From Bacteroidales bacterium (lineage in GTDB: Bacteria > Bacteroidota > Bacteroidia > Bacteroidales > UBA3663), in assembly GCA_045598885.1 (NCBI GenBank), contig JAZRVB010000121.1, forward strand, positions 3,987-67,986: DNA of 64,000 bases, read 5' to 3'. Below the pieces are notes generated by a model. It saw only the letters and a list, made by a program, of their open reading frames with translations. It did not search any database and had not been told where the DNA came from. How positions within the stretch are numbered: the stretch's first letter is position 1; every line of letters begins with the position of its first letter. Made by a program: the position numbers and the translations under genes. Of the stretch, positions 37,242-49,624 are shown piece by piece.

Positions 37242-37637
37242 ATGATATTTGCAATTCCTACAAGAGACGGCATGGTGGACAGTCATTTCGGACACTGTGC
37301 CTACTACACGGTCATTGAGACCAACGATCAGAACGAGATTGTCAAGACCTTTACGCTTGACAGTCCTGAAGGGTGTGGCTGCAAGTCGAACATTGCCTAT
37401 CAGATGCAGGAGATGGGTATCACGGTGATGCTGGCCGGCAACATCGGACAGGGAGCCATCAACAAGCTCGGTTCGTGCGGAATCGAGGTCATCAAGGGCT
37501 GTAGCGGTGAGGTCATGCAGCTGGCCAAGGATTATCTTGCAGGAAAGGTAAAGGACAATCCGCAGGTATGTGACCATCATGAGTGTCACGATTCAGAAGA
37601 AAAGCCTGTATTCACTTTTGCTGGATTCAACAAGTAA
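37242..37637 (+). CDS. NifB/NifX-family (dinitrogenase FeMo-cofactor-binding domain) protein
   Basis: 131 aa. 'IFAIPTRDGMVDSHFGHCAYYTV' and 'VMLAGNIGQGAINKLGSCGIEVI' are typical of the family. Confidence 0.75.
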   Translation: MIFAIPTRDGMVDSHFGHCAYYTVIETNDQNEIVKTFTLDSPEGCGCKSNIAYQMQEMGITVMLAGNIGQGAINKLGSCGIEVIKGCSGEVMQLAKDYLAGKVKDNPQVCDHHECHDSEEKPVFTFAGFNK

Positions 37638-37640
37638 GCT

Positions 37641-38054
37641 ATGATTCAACAAGTAGAGTTTTCGCTCAGGGAGAAGCGTCGCGGCTTCCATCTGGTGACT
37701 GGAGAGATCCTTCAGCACCTGCCACAGCCATTGCCAGAGACAGGTCTACTGAACCTCTTTGTCAAGCATACAAGCTGTTCGCTGAGCATCAATGAGAATG
37801 CCGATCCTGATGTCCGCACGGATATGGAGCAGATCTTCAACCACCTGGTCAAGGAAAGAGAACCTTACTATGACCACGTGCTCGAGGGTGCGGACGATAT
37901 GCCAGCTCATGCCAAAAGCACTATGATAGGAGTAAGCCTGACCATCCCAATTACCAGAGGCAGATTGAATCTTGGCATCTGGCAGGGTATCTATCTATGT
38001 GAGCACCGAGACTATGGAGGATCGAGAACTATTGTTGCAACCATCTACTCATGA
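37641..38054 (+). CDS. yjbQ: YjbQ/UPF0047-family protein
   Basis: 137 aa. 'LNLFVKHTSCSLSINENADPDV', 'GADDMPAHAKSTMIG' and 'LGIWQGIYLCEHRDYGGSR'. Confidence 0.8.
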   Translation: MIQQVEFSLREKRRGFHLVTGEILQHLPQPLPETGLLNLFVKHTSCSLSINENADPDVRTDMEQIFNHLVKEREPYYDHVLEGADDMPAHAKSTMIGVSLTIPITRGRLNLGIWQGIYLCEHRDYGGSRTIVATIYS

Positions 38055-38779
38055 TTATGCTTATGACACCCCAGGAATTTATACAGGCATTTGCAGAGGC
38101 ATTCGGCTCTGACGCGCAATTACCGATAGCATTCGGCTTTAGTGACGAACCTTTGACGGAACCCAAGGAGGGATTACGTTGTCTGATGGGACTGTTCCCC
38201 AAGGTCAGGAAAGGTGAGGCTGTAACGCTGGCCGATAAGTTCATAGGCTGTGGCGGCGGTATGCTCTATATGGGTACAGGCGAGTTACAGGATAGAATCC
38301 CTAACTTCGTGTCGAACGTCGAGCACTATCAACAGACACCTCAGATGGTACGTGACTATGTGGAGGGCTTGCATATCGTACCTGCACCGAAGAAGTACGT
38401 CAACTTCCAGCGTGTAGATAGCCTGAAAGAGTGGGATGGAATCGAAGGACTGATCTTCTTCGCTACTCCCGATGTGCTGAGCGGATTATGTTCCTGGGCA
38501 TTCTTCGATGACAACTCTGAGTCGACGGTTGTCTCGCGCTTCTCGTCGGGTTGTGCCTCATTGATCACGATGGCTGTGACGGAGAACCGCAAGGAAGGTG
38601 GTCACAGCTGTTTCCTCGGAGGCTTTGACCCATCGGCCAGAATCATGATGCCAGCGGATGAAATGACCTTTGTCATCCCTGCTGTCCGGCTACCAAAGAT
38701 GCTTTCGACAATGAAGGATACCTGTCTGTTTGATACCCCAGCATGGGGCAAGATCAAGCAAAGAATACAGAAAGCATAA
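38051..38779 (+). CDS. DUF169-like protein
   Basis: 242 aa. Size and blocks 'GCGGGMLYMG' and 'FFATPDVLSGLCSWAFFD' resemble DUF169 as recalled. Confidence 0.5.
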   Translation: MIMLMTPQEFIQAFAEAFGSDAQLPIAFGFSDEPLTEPKEGLRCLMGLFPKVRKGEAVTLADKFIGCGGGMLYMGTGELQDRIPNFVSNVEHYQQTPQMVRDYVEGLHIVPAPKKYVNFQRVDSLKEWDGIEGLIFFATPDVLSGLCSWAFFDDNSESTVVSRFSSGCASLITMAVTENRKEGGHSCFLGGFDPSARIMMPADEMTFVIPAVRLPKMLSTMKDTCLFDTPAWGKIKQRIQKA

Positions 38780-38809
38780 AAGATAAGATACACAAAAAAT
38801 CAAGATAAG

Positions 38810-40249
38810 ATGAAGAAGACAATTCTCCCCATCCTTGCTCTTTTTGCTATGATCAGTTGTAGCGAGAAGCATCCATCAGAACCGCTGACCGCTGAGATAC
38901 AGGATTCGCTGAAGTTCGGCTGCGACTTCCATAATCCTTTGCTCGACCACCTCTACACCGCAGACCCTACTGCTGTGGAGTATGAAGGTCGTCTCTACGT
39001 ATATGGCACGAACGACCAGCAGCAATGTGACGAGGTGCATCCTGACAGTGCCAACACCTACGAGCACATCAATTCGCTGGCCATGATGTCCACACGCGAC
39101 ATGGTCAACTGGACTTATCACGGTCTGATACACACCAAGCAGCTGGCACCATGGATCATCGCTTCATGGGCACCCAGCATCTGCTCACGAGAGGAAGAGG
39201 ACGGCATGACGCACTTCTACCTTTATTACTCCAATAGCGGCTATGGCACAGGTGTATTGACCTCTACCTCTCCTGTCGGTCCTTGGACAAGCCCTTTGGA
39301 CAGCAGTATCGTCGATGCGAAGACCCCGGGATTGGGTGACTGTACCGTGCCGTTCGACCCAGGAGTAGTCATTGACGATGAAGGTACCGGCTGGCTGGCT
39401 TTCGGTGCTGGCAAGGCTCGTCTTGCACGTCTCGGCAAGGACATGCTTTCGTTCGACAGTCCTTTCGTTGTGCTTCCAGCTCCCCATCATTTTGAGGCTA
39501 ATGAGCTGAACTTCCTTGGCGGCAAGTTGGTTTATACCTACAACCTCGATTGGACGGACAAGGAGGACTGGAATGAAAAGGCTGCTGTGCCAACCCGATG
39601 CAGCATGGGTTACATGTTGCCCGATGGCGATCCGCTCAATACCAAGTCATGGCACTATCAGGACTACTACCTGAAGAATCCAGGTGAGGATGGCTTCGAC
39701 TATAGCAACAACCACACGCATCTGCATAAGTACGAGGGCAAATGGTACGTCTTCAATCATACCTTGATCCTGAAAAATGCCAAGCACCACAAGGGCGGTT
39801 ACCGTAACATCTCAGTAGATGAGATCACTGTTGATGAAGCCACTCAGCACATCTCGCTCACTCACGCCACCAACGAGGGTGTTGCTCAGATACGCACGGT
39901 CAATCCGTTCGAGCAGCAGGAGATGGAAATGACCTTCGCCACACACAATATCAGCTTCGAGGAAGACAGCGCCACCTACGGCAACATGCTGGCCAAAACA
40001 GAGGGTGTAGGCGCTATCAAGGTCAAAGGAGTGGAGTTCGACCACCAAGGCAAGAAGATACAATTCTCAGCCATCGGTCATGGTCAGATTGACGTACGCC
40101 TGGACAATCCTGATGGAGAGCTGATAGCCAGCGCTTTCATCAATGGTAACACCAGCACCTCGCTACTTACAAATCCAAAAGGCGTTCATGACCTTGTCTT
40201 CATCATGAAAGGTGAGACGCTCAGGTTGGACACGTGGATGATGAAATAA
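38810..40249 (+). CDS. Glycoside hydrolase family 43 lipoprotein with a C-terminal carbohydrate-binding (CBM6-like) module
   Basis: 479 aa with lipobox 'AMISC'. 'NPLLDHLYTADPTAVEYEGRLYVYGTND', 'WAPSI', 'FDPGVVIDDEGTGWLAFG'. The C-terminal ~130 aa looks like a beta-sandwich. Confidence 0.8.
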   Translation: MKKTILPILALFAMISCSEKHPSEPLTAEIQDSLKFGCDFHNPLLDHLYTADPTAVEYEGRLYVYGTNDQQQCDEVHPDSANTYEHINSLAMMSTRDMVNWTYHGLIHTKQLAPWIIASWAPSICSREEEDGMTHFYLYYSNSGYGTGVLTSTSPVGPWTSPLDSSIVDAKTPGLGDCTVPFDPGVVIDDEGTGWLAFGAGKARLARLGKDMLSFDSPFVVLPAPHHFEANELNFLGGKLVYTYNLDWTDKEDWNEKAAVPTRCSMGYMLPDGDPLNTKSWHYQDYYLKNPGEDGFDYSNNHTHLHKYEGKWYVFNHTLILKNAKHHKGGYRNISVDEITVDEATQHISLTHATNEGVAQIRTVNPFEQQEMEMTFATHNISFEEDSATYGNMLAKTEGVGAIKVKGVEFDHQGKKIQFSAIGHGQIDVRLDNPDGELIASAFINGNTSTSLLTNPKGVHDLVFIMKGETLRLDTWMMK

Positions 40250-43336
<3,087 letters not shown>

Positions 43337-43357
43337 TAATTGAATAAATGGTAGCTC

Positions 43358-45121
43358 ATGAGACGCAATTTTTTATTCGCTTTTTTAGCCTCTGCTTTAC
43401 TTTCCTCTTGCGGAGACAACAAACCTAAGATTGAGCCTTTCGGCCCTCTGCCAACCGAGGATCAGCTGGCATTGCAGGACATGGAGATGTACGCTTTCCT
43501 GCACTATTCGCTCAATACCTATACCGATCAGGAATGGGGATTCGGAGATGAGGACGCAGCTCTTTTCAACCCTTCGAACCTTGACACCCGTCAATGGGCC
43601 AAGACCTGCAAGGCAGCTGGAATGAAAGGAATCATCTTCACCGCCAAGCACCATTGCGGCTTCTGCATGTGGCCTTCGGAATACACGGATTACTCAGTCA
43701 AGTCAGCACCCTGGAAGGACGGCAAAGGCGATGTGGTTGCCGAGCTTGCCGAAGCCTGTCGTGAAGAAGGCCTGAAGTTTGCGGTTTACCTTTCGCCCTG
43801 GGATCGTAACCACCCGGAATATGGGAAGCCGGAATACGTCACTTACTTCCGCAATCAGCTACACGAGCTGTTGAGTAACTATGGTGACATCTATGAGGTA
43901 TGGTTCGATGGAGCCAATGGCGGTAATGGCTGGTACGGTGGTGCCAATGAGACACGACAGATTGACCGTCTGACTTACTACGACTGGGGTCCGACCTACG
44001 ACATGATTCGTGAACTGCAGCCACACTGTATCATCTGGAACGATGGAGCCGACCGCCGCGGTGACCTGCGCTGGGTAGGAACCGAAGCCGGAAACATCGG
44101 ACATCGTAACTGGAGTAAGATGAGCAGTACCAAAGACCCAGAGTGGGGTGATCTGCATTGGGGCATGGAGGACGGTGATGTGTGGTGTCCGGGCGAAACC
44201 AATACCTCCATCCGTCCGGGTTGGTTCTATCATACTTCGGAGGACGGACACGTCAAGTCGCTCTCCAAACTCATGGACACCTATTACAAGTCCGTGGGTC
44301 GCAACTCCACTTTGCTCCTCAATTTCCCTATCATGCCAAACGGCTTGATTTCGCCCATCGACAGCGCTCGTGGCGTAGCATTCAACAAGATGGTGCATGA
44401 GGTGTTCGATCATGACCTTGCCGAAGGTCTTAAACCTAAGAACGAGGGCGACTCTGTCTATATGCTTACCTTCAAGGCTCCAACTACCTTCAACCGCTTC
44501 ATGGCTTCAGAGGACATCGCACTAGGCCAGCGTGTCAAGAAGTTTTCACTTGAGGCATTGGTCGATGGTAATTGGCTGCCGTTGCAGGACGAACTTGCCG
44601 ATTGGGATGATGGACTTGAGACCATTGGCCGCAAGCGTATCATCTGCTTCCCGACGGTCACAGCCACAGCACTTCGCATGACCATTACCGAGAGCCTTGC
44701 CCAGCCAGTTATCAGCCGCATGGGTATATTCATGGCACCAGACATTACTCCCGATATGGCTGATGCGGGCGAGAAGAAATCGTCTGGTTATTATATCTTC
44801 TTCCCAGGCTTTGCTGTCAATGGTGTCAAATCCATGTTCATAGACCTTGGCCAGACACAGAAGATCAACCGCTTCAATTTCCTGCCAGACCAGACACATC
44901 GTGAGGGTATGCCGCTCGAATACATCCTTTGGAACTCAACCGATGGTGGAAACAACTGGACAGAGCTGGCTCGTGGAGAGTTCTCCAACATCGTCAACAA
45001 TCCTATCTGGCAGAAGATCACTTTCGACCCACAGGAAGCCAAGCTGCTCCGTCTCGATGTTCCTCGTATCACCAGCGGAGAAAGCATTTTCTACGATGAT
45101 CTTGAAGTAGTGTTAGACTAA
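43358..45121 (+). CDS. Glycoside hydrolase family 29 alpha-L-fucosidase with a C-terminal F5/8-type (discoidin-like) domain
   Basis: 587 aa. 'MYAFLHYSLNTYTDQEWG', 'FTAKHHCGFCMWPS' and 'EVWFDGANGG'. Confidence 0.85.
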   Translation: MRRNFLFAFLASALLSSCGDNKPKIEPFGPLPTEDQLALQDMEMYAFLHYSLNTYTDQEWGFGDEDAALFNPSNLDTRQWAKTCKAAGMKGIIFTAKHHCGFCMWPSEYTDYSVKSAPWKDGKGDVVAELAEACREEGLKFAVYLSPWDRNHPEYGKPEYVTYFRNQLHELLSNYGDIYEVWFDGANGGNGWYGGANETRQIDRLTYYDWGPTYDMIRELQPHCIIWNDGADRRGDLRWVGTEAGNIGHRNWSKMSSTKDPEWGDLHWGMEDGDVWCPGETNTSIRPGWFYHTSEDGHVKSLSKLMDTYYKSVGRNSTLLLNFPIMPNGLISPIDSARGVAFNKMVHEVFDHDLAEGLKPKNEGDSVYMLTFKAPTTFNRFMASEDIALGQRVKKFSLEALVDGNWLPLQDELADWDDGLETIGRKRIICFPTVTATALRMTITESLAQPVISRMGIFMAPDITPDMADAGEKKSSGYYIFFPGFAVNGVKSMFIDLGQTQKINRFNFLPDQTHREGMPLEYILWNSTDGGNNWTELARGEFSNIVNNPIWQKITFDPQEAKLLRLDVPRITSGESIFYDDLEVVLD

Positions 45122-45149
45122 AAAATAGATAACACGTAATAAACGAAAT

Positions 45150-46649
45150 ATGGCAAAAAAGAAACAGTCCAAACCTCAGCAGCAGTCTATCTCCCCAGTA
45201 AGGTTTCTTAAGGAGAGAGTAAGACAGGTGCCGATCTATAAATGCTACCTCAGTCATGATTTCGAGAACTCTACCGAAGGCACGGTGATGGTAGTGCGCA
45301 AGCATACCGGTGACAAATACACCTGCGGTCTCTATCTCGTTGACAAGTACTGTCTGGGTGTGAAGGATGCCTCGTACCATCTTCGCATGGATGAGCAGGA
45401 GTTCGATGAGTTCCTTGATCTGTTCGAAGAGAACTTCAACCCACATGTAGTAACCTACGAGGAGGCTCATAACTGGGTATGGGGAGCAGTAGGCTTTGCC
45501 GAGGATGCTGGTATTGCACCGTGCAAGGAATTTGATCTTGCTCAGTATGTTCTTGCCGAGGATGATGACGAGGTGGAACTAATAGAATATGACTTCGGTG
45601 ATGCCGACGGCAAGCATTGCCTGTTGGCTAACGACCGTCTGGAGGCGAGCACCTATCTGCCTATCATGCGCAAGAATCTCGGTGATGAGTTCACCTTCTG
45701 TCTTGGCCCACAGGACAGCATCCATGAGCCGGAGGATTGGGACTACGAAAAGAATGTGCCGCTGTTTGATGATTCAGAGTTTACAGATTGGGATGATGAA
45801 GCGGACGATGAGGTAGAGTACCATCAGGTGCATCCAGAATATCCGAAAGAATTGAACCTGAAGAACAGAGATATTGCGGAAGTCCTCTCATGCGATGATC
45901 CTAAACTTCAATCTACGGAAGATGTAGATGCTTTCATGTCACGTGACGGTATCAAGGAAGACCTTGAACAGTATATCCTGTATCATATCGGCCAGACCAA
46001 TGACGATGTCTACGATAAGGATGAGACCATCTATGACAATGATGACAGGTATGACTGCAACCTGATGCAGGCTGTAAGGCTCCTGGCAGAGATAGGTGAT
46101 GCCCAGAGCCTTGATGTAGTGCTGGAAGTATTACGTCAGGATGGAGGATGTCTTGACTATCATTTCGGCGATTATCTGGTTGAGACGTTTGTTCCGGCTG
46201 TAGCGAAGCTCGGTGTCGGTCATCTGGATAAGCTGATGTCGTATGCCAAGGAGTCAGGTCTCTATGACTATGCCCACAATCTCGTTCTGGAGGCTGTATG
46301 TGCTATTTATGTGCATAACCCTGAATTAAGGGAGGAGGCAAAGGAATGGTTCAAGGAGATCCTTTCCTTTGCCATGGATAAGCTCGATGCTAATGACAAG
46401 AGCTATTTCTCGCACACCCTTATCGGTTTCGCCCTCATTCATTGTATGAATATGGGAGAAGAGGATCTGCTTCCGACTATCATGAAACTCTATGAGAAGG
46501 ACTATGTGAACCAGATGATCTGTGGAACCTATGTCAATGTAGCACAGGACATACTTACCAAACATGGCACAATGGATACCTTCTATATGGACATCCATGA
46601 GTGGTTTGAGTGGTACAATAGAAATTTAGTTACAGAAACAAAGAAATAA
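45150..46649 (+). CDS. Hypothetical cytoplasmic protein with an acidic middle and a helical-repeat C-terminus
   Basis: 499 aa, a clean ORF in the same orientation as its neighbours. No family recognised. Confidence 0.55.
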   Translation: MAKKKQSKPQQQSISPVRFLKERVRQVPIYKCYLSHDFENSTEGTVMVVRKHTGDKYTCGLYLVDKYCLGVKDASYHLRMDEQEFDEFLDLFEENFNPHVVTYEEAHNWVWGAVGFAEDAGIAPCKEFDLAQYVLAEDDDEVELIEYDFGDADGKHCLLANDRLEASTYLPIMRKNLGDEFTFCLGPQDSIHEPEDWDYEKNVPLFDDSEFTDWDDEADDEVEYHQVHPEYPKELNLKNRDIAEVLSCDDPKLQSTEDVDAFMSRDGIKEDLEQYILYHIGQTNDDVYDKDETIYDNDDRYDCNLMQAVRLLAEIGDAQSLDVVLEVLRQDGGCLDYHFGDYLVETFVPAVAKLGVGHLDKLMSYAKESGLYDYAHNLVLEAVCAIYVHNPELREEAKEWFKEILSFAMDKLDANDKSYFSHTLIGFALIHCMNMGEEDLLPTIMKLYEKDYVNQMICGTYVNVAQDILTKHGTMDTFYMDIHEWFEWYNRNLVTETKK

Positions 46650-46660
46650 CGTAATAGCCA

Positions 46661-46810
46661 ATGGCAAATATACAAATGACAGCAGAAGATCTTCTTCACG
46701 ATGTATTGAACTATTATGGTGTCAAAGCCGACATCTTCAAGGCAGCAGAATACCTCGAAGTGGCCGAACATCCGACACCTGCTGGGTTCTTGCAGTGGCT
46801 TGAAACGTAA
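46661..46810 (+). CDS. Small hypothetical ORF (49 aa)
   Basis: MANIQMTAEDLLHDVLNYYGVKADIFKAAEYLEVAEHPTPAGFLQWLET. Below the track cut-off. Tightly spaced with its neighbours on the same strand. Confidence 0.3.
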   Translation: MANIQMTAEDLLHDVLNYYGVKADIFKAAEYLEVAEHPTPAGFLQWLET

Positions 46811-46822
46811 AAACAATTATTT

Positions 46823-46978
46823 ATGACACCTGAAGCACTGGTACAGGCATCGTCCCTGTACGGACAGATTGACGATAATACGTTGCTGACGCTGGCTTAC
46901 ACACTGCTTGATCAGAATCCTCTGGCAACACCTGATGATTTTGATTACTTCTGCTGCCAGTCTATCGGTGACAGATAA
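46823..46978 (+). CDS. Small hypothetical ORF (51 aa)
   Basis: MTPEALVQASSLYGQIDDNTLLTLAYTLLDQNPLATPDDFDYFCCQSIGDR. Below the track cut-off. Same strand, 12-nt gaps to both neighbours. Confidence 0.3.
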   Translation: MTPEALVQASSLYGQIDDNTLLTLAYTLLDQNPLATPDDFDYFCCQSIGDR

Positions 46979-46990
46979 AACTATTATACA

Positions 46991-47332
46991 ATGATGAACT
47001 TTGACTATCTGGAATCTGTTCCGAACATAGCTGCCACGGTATGTGACAAAGAGGGCATTGTGCTCTATCAGAATAAACGTGCCATCGCCCGTGATGGTGA
47101 TGTCGTCGGCAAGAACCTGTATAACTGTCACGGAGAGAAAGCCGGTGCTATGATCCGTCACATGATAGAGGCCGATAAGAGCAACACCTATCAGATCATC
47201 CGTCTTGGCAAGCATAAGCTCCTCCATCAGACACCATGGTATGATGCTGACGGCAAGGTGGCAGGTCTGATTGAGTTTGCGATTGACCTCCCTGAGAATA
47301 TGCCTGTATTCAACAGAGACAACAATCAGTAA
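46991..47332 (+). CDS. Single PAS-domain protein
   Basis: 113 aa. 'VCDKEGIVLYQNKRAI...GKNLYNCHG' and 'LLHQTPWYDADGKVAGLIEFAIDL' fit a stand-alone PAS fold. Confidence 0.6.
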   Translation: MMNFDYLESVPNIAATVCDKEGIVLYQNKRAIARDGDVVGKNLYNCHGEKAGAMIRHMIEADKSNTYQIIRLGKHKLLHQTPWYDADGKVAGLIEFAIDLPENMPVFNRDNNQ

Positions 47333-47341
47333 TTTGATAGA

Positions 47342-48841
47342 ATGAGCGAACAGCGCACCTACATAGCCATCGACCTGAAGTCGTTCTATGCTTCGGTGGA
47401 ATGTGTGGAGAGAGGATTGGATCCCCTCACCACCAACCTTGTCGTGGCAGATGCGAGCCGAACGGACAAGACCATCTGTCTGGCTGTATCTCCCTCGCTG
47501 AAGTCGTATGGCATCGGAGGCAGGGCGCGTCTGTTTGAGGTAGTCCAGAAAGTCAGGGAGGTCAATTTCCAGCGACAGAGACTTGCTCCTGGCTTTCGTC
47601 TCACTGGTAAGTCTGTACAAGACAAGGAGCTGAAGGCGCATCCCGAACTGGCCGTAGATTATATCGCTGCCATTCCGAGGATGGCTTACTATATCGAGTA
47701 CAGCACGAGGATCTATCAGATCTACCTGAAGTATGTCTCTGCTGAGGACATCCATGTCTATTCCATCGATGAGGTCTTCATGGATGTGACCAACTATCTG
47801 GGTTCGTGCTACAAGATGACAGCCCATGAACTGGCCATGACCATCATCAGGGATGTGCTGAAGAATACTGGCATCACTGCAACGGCAGGCATCGGCACGA
47901 ATATGTATCTGGCAAAGATAGCCATGGACATAGTGGCCAAGCATATCCCTGCGGATAAGGATGGCGTGCGAATAGCCGAACTCGACGAGATGTCGTACCG
48001 CCGTCAGCTGTGGGATCACAAACCGCTCACGAGTTTCTGGCGAATAGGCAAGGGCATTGCCGAGAAACTGGAGCAGTACGGCATGGATACGATGGGCAAG
48101 GTGGCAAGGCAGTCGGTCAAGAACGAAGAGGTGCTGTATAAGCTCTTCGGTGTCAATGCAGAACTCATCATTGACCATGCCTGGGGTTGGGAACCCTGCA
48201 CCATCGATAAGATCAAAGCCTACAAGCCAGAGAGCAACTCCTTCAGCAGCGGACAGGTGCTGACCTGTGCATACGATGTGAAGAAGGCAAGGATAGTGAT
48301 TCAAGAGATGGCAGATGCCATTGCCCTTGATTTAGTAGATAAGCAGCTTGTCACAGATTAGCTGGTCATCAACGTTGGATATGACGTAGAAAGTCTGAAC
48401 GGAGGTAAGTATCAGGGCGAGGTTGTCATTGACCGATATGGCAGAAAAGTGCCTAAGTATGCGCATGGCACAGGCAATCTGGAGCGTTATACTTCGTCCT
48501 CGAAGGCAATCATCGAGACGGTGTTGAGCGTCTATGACAGGATTGTCAACCCTGATCTTCTCATACGTAGGCTCAATGTCACCACGAATCATGTCATTCG
48601 CGAGGAAGATGCCAAGAAGCACGCCCAGCCAGTACAGCTCGACCTTTTCTCAGACTATGAGGAGCTGGAAAGACAGCGAGAGGAAGAGAAAGCAGCTCTT
48701 GCTAAGGAGCGCAAGATGCAGGAAGCACTGCTTACCATCAAGAAGAAGTTCGGCAAGAATGCTATCCTCAAAGGACTCAACTTTGAGGAGGGTGCTACTG
48801 CCAAGGACAGGAACCAGCAGATCGGAGGACATAAAGCATGA
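47342..48841 (+). pseudogene. Y-family DNA polymerase (ImpB/MucB/SamB type) interrupted by one in-frame TAG at 48359-48361
   Basis: 'YIAIDLKSFYASVECVERGLDP...NLVVAD' and 'SIDEVFMDVT' are Y-family catalytic blocks. The track ORFs 47342-48361 and 48449-48841 share one frame, and the stretch between them (LVINVGYDVESL...) has no other stop. Confidence 0.8.
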
Positions 48842-49263
48842 CGAACGACTACGAAGACATCATCAATCTGCCGCATCACGTATCGAGGAATCATCCTCAG
48901 ATGACGATGCTACAGCGAGCCGCGCAGTTCGCTCCATTCGCCGCGCTTACAGGTCATGATGCAGCTATTCAGGAAACTGCCCGACTCACGGACGATGAAC
49001 TCGACCTTTCAGAAAACGGCAGGGAACTGTTGGATAGAAAACTTTCCTATCTACAGTCATACGATGGTACTTCCATGATTACGATTACGTACTTCGTGCC
49101 AGACCAACGGAAGCAGGGAGGAGCATACGCTTCAGTGACGGGACAGATCAGGAAGATAGATCACTATGAGAGGTGTATTATCATGACGGACGGCACGAAG
49201 ATACCTTTCGAGCATATTACCGATATGGACAGTGTGATCTTTGACGGACTTTATACAGACTGA
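48838..49263 (+). CDS. YolD-like protein
   Basis: 141 aa. 'PHHVSRNHPQMTMLQRAAQFAPFAALTGHD' is the YolD-like signature. It overlaps the polymerase stop, the usual polymerase partner arrangement. Confidence 0.75.
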   Translation: MTNDYEDIINLPHHVSRNHPQMTMLQRAAQFAPFAALTGHDAAIQETARLTDDELDLSENGRELLDRKLSYLQSYDGTSMITITYFVPDQRKQGGAYASVTGQIRKIDHYERCIIMTDGTKIPFEHITDMDSVIFDGLYTD

Positions 49264-49267
49264 GATT

Positions 49268-49618
49268 ATGAATATCGAGGAAGTTAGAGAATACTGTCTG
49301 ACGTTGCCATACGTCACAGAGGATGAGTTCTTCCCTGGCATCATCACTTTCCGCATCGAAGGCAAGTGGTTCCTGATGATGTGGCTGGAAGCCCCAGAGC
49401 CGAGGGTCGCGGTCAAGTGTGATCCTGTTCTGGCTATAGAACTACGCGAACGGTTTCGAGGCGTTGAGCCGGCCTACCACATGAACAAGAAGATGTGGAA
49501 TGACCTCTATCTGGAGAGAGACCTCGACGAAGAAGAAATCAAGAAGTGGATTAGACACTCCTATGATGAAGTGGCGAAGAAACTTCCCAAATCAATAAGG
49601 ACAAAATATCAATTCTGA
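49268..49618 (+). CDS. MmcQ/YjbR-family protein
   Basis: Start taken at MNIEEVREYCLTLPYVTEDEFF. 'VAVKCDPVLAIELRERF..VEPAYHMNKKMWNDL' fits YjbR. Confidence 0.75.
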   Translation: MNIEEVREYCLTLPYVTEDEFFPGIITFRIEGKWFLMMWLEAPEPRVAVKCDPVLAIELRERFRGVEPAYHMNKKMWNDLYLERDLDEEEIKKWIRHSYDEVAKKLPKSIRTKYQF

Positions 49619-49624
49619 AAATAT

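Noticed and set aside
46817-48304. 495-aa minus-strand ORF
   Set aside because: It is antisense to the PAS and Y-family polymerase genes, which have unmistakable motifs. It has no recognisable domain and looks like a shadow ORF.
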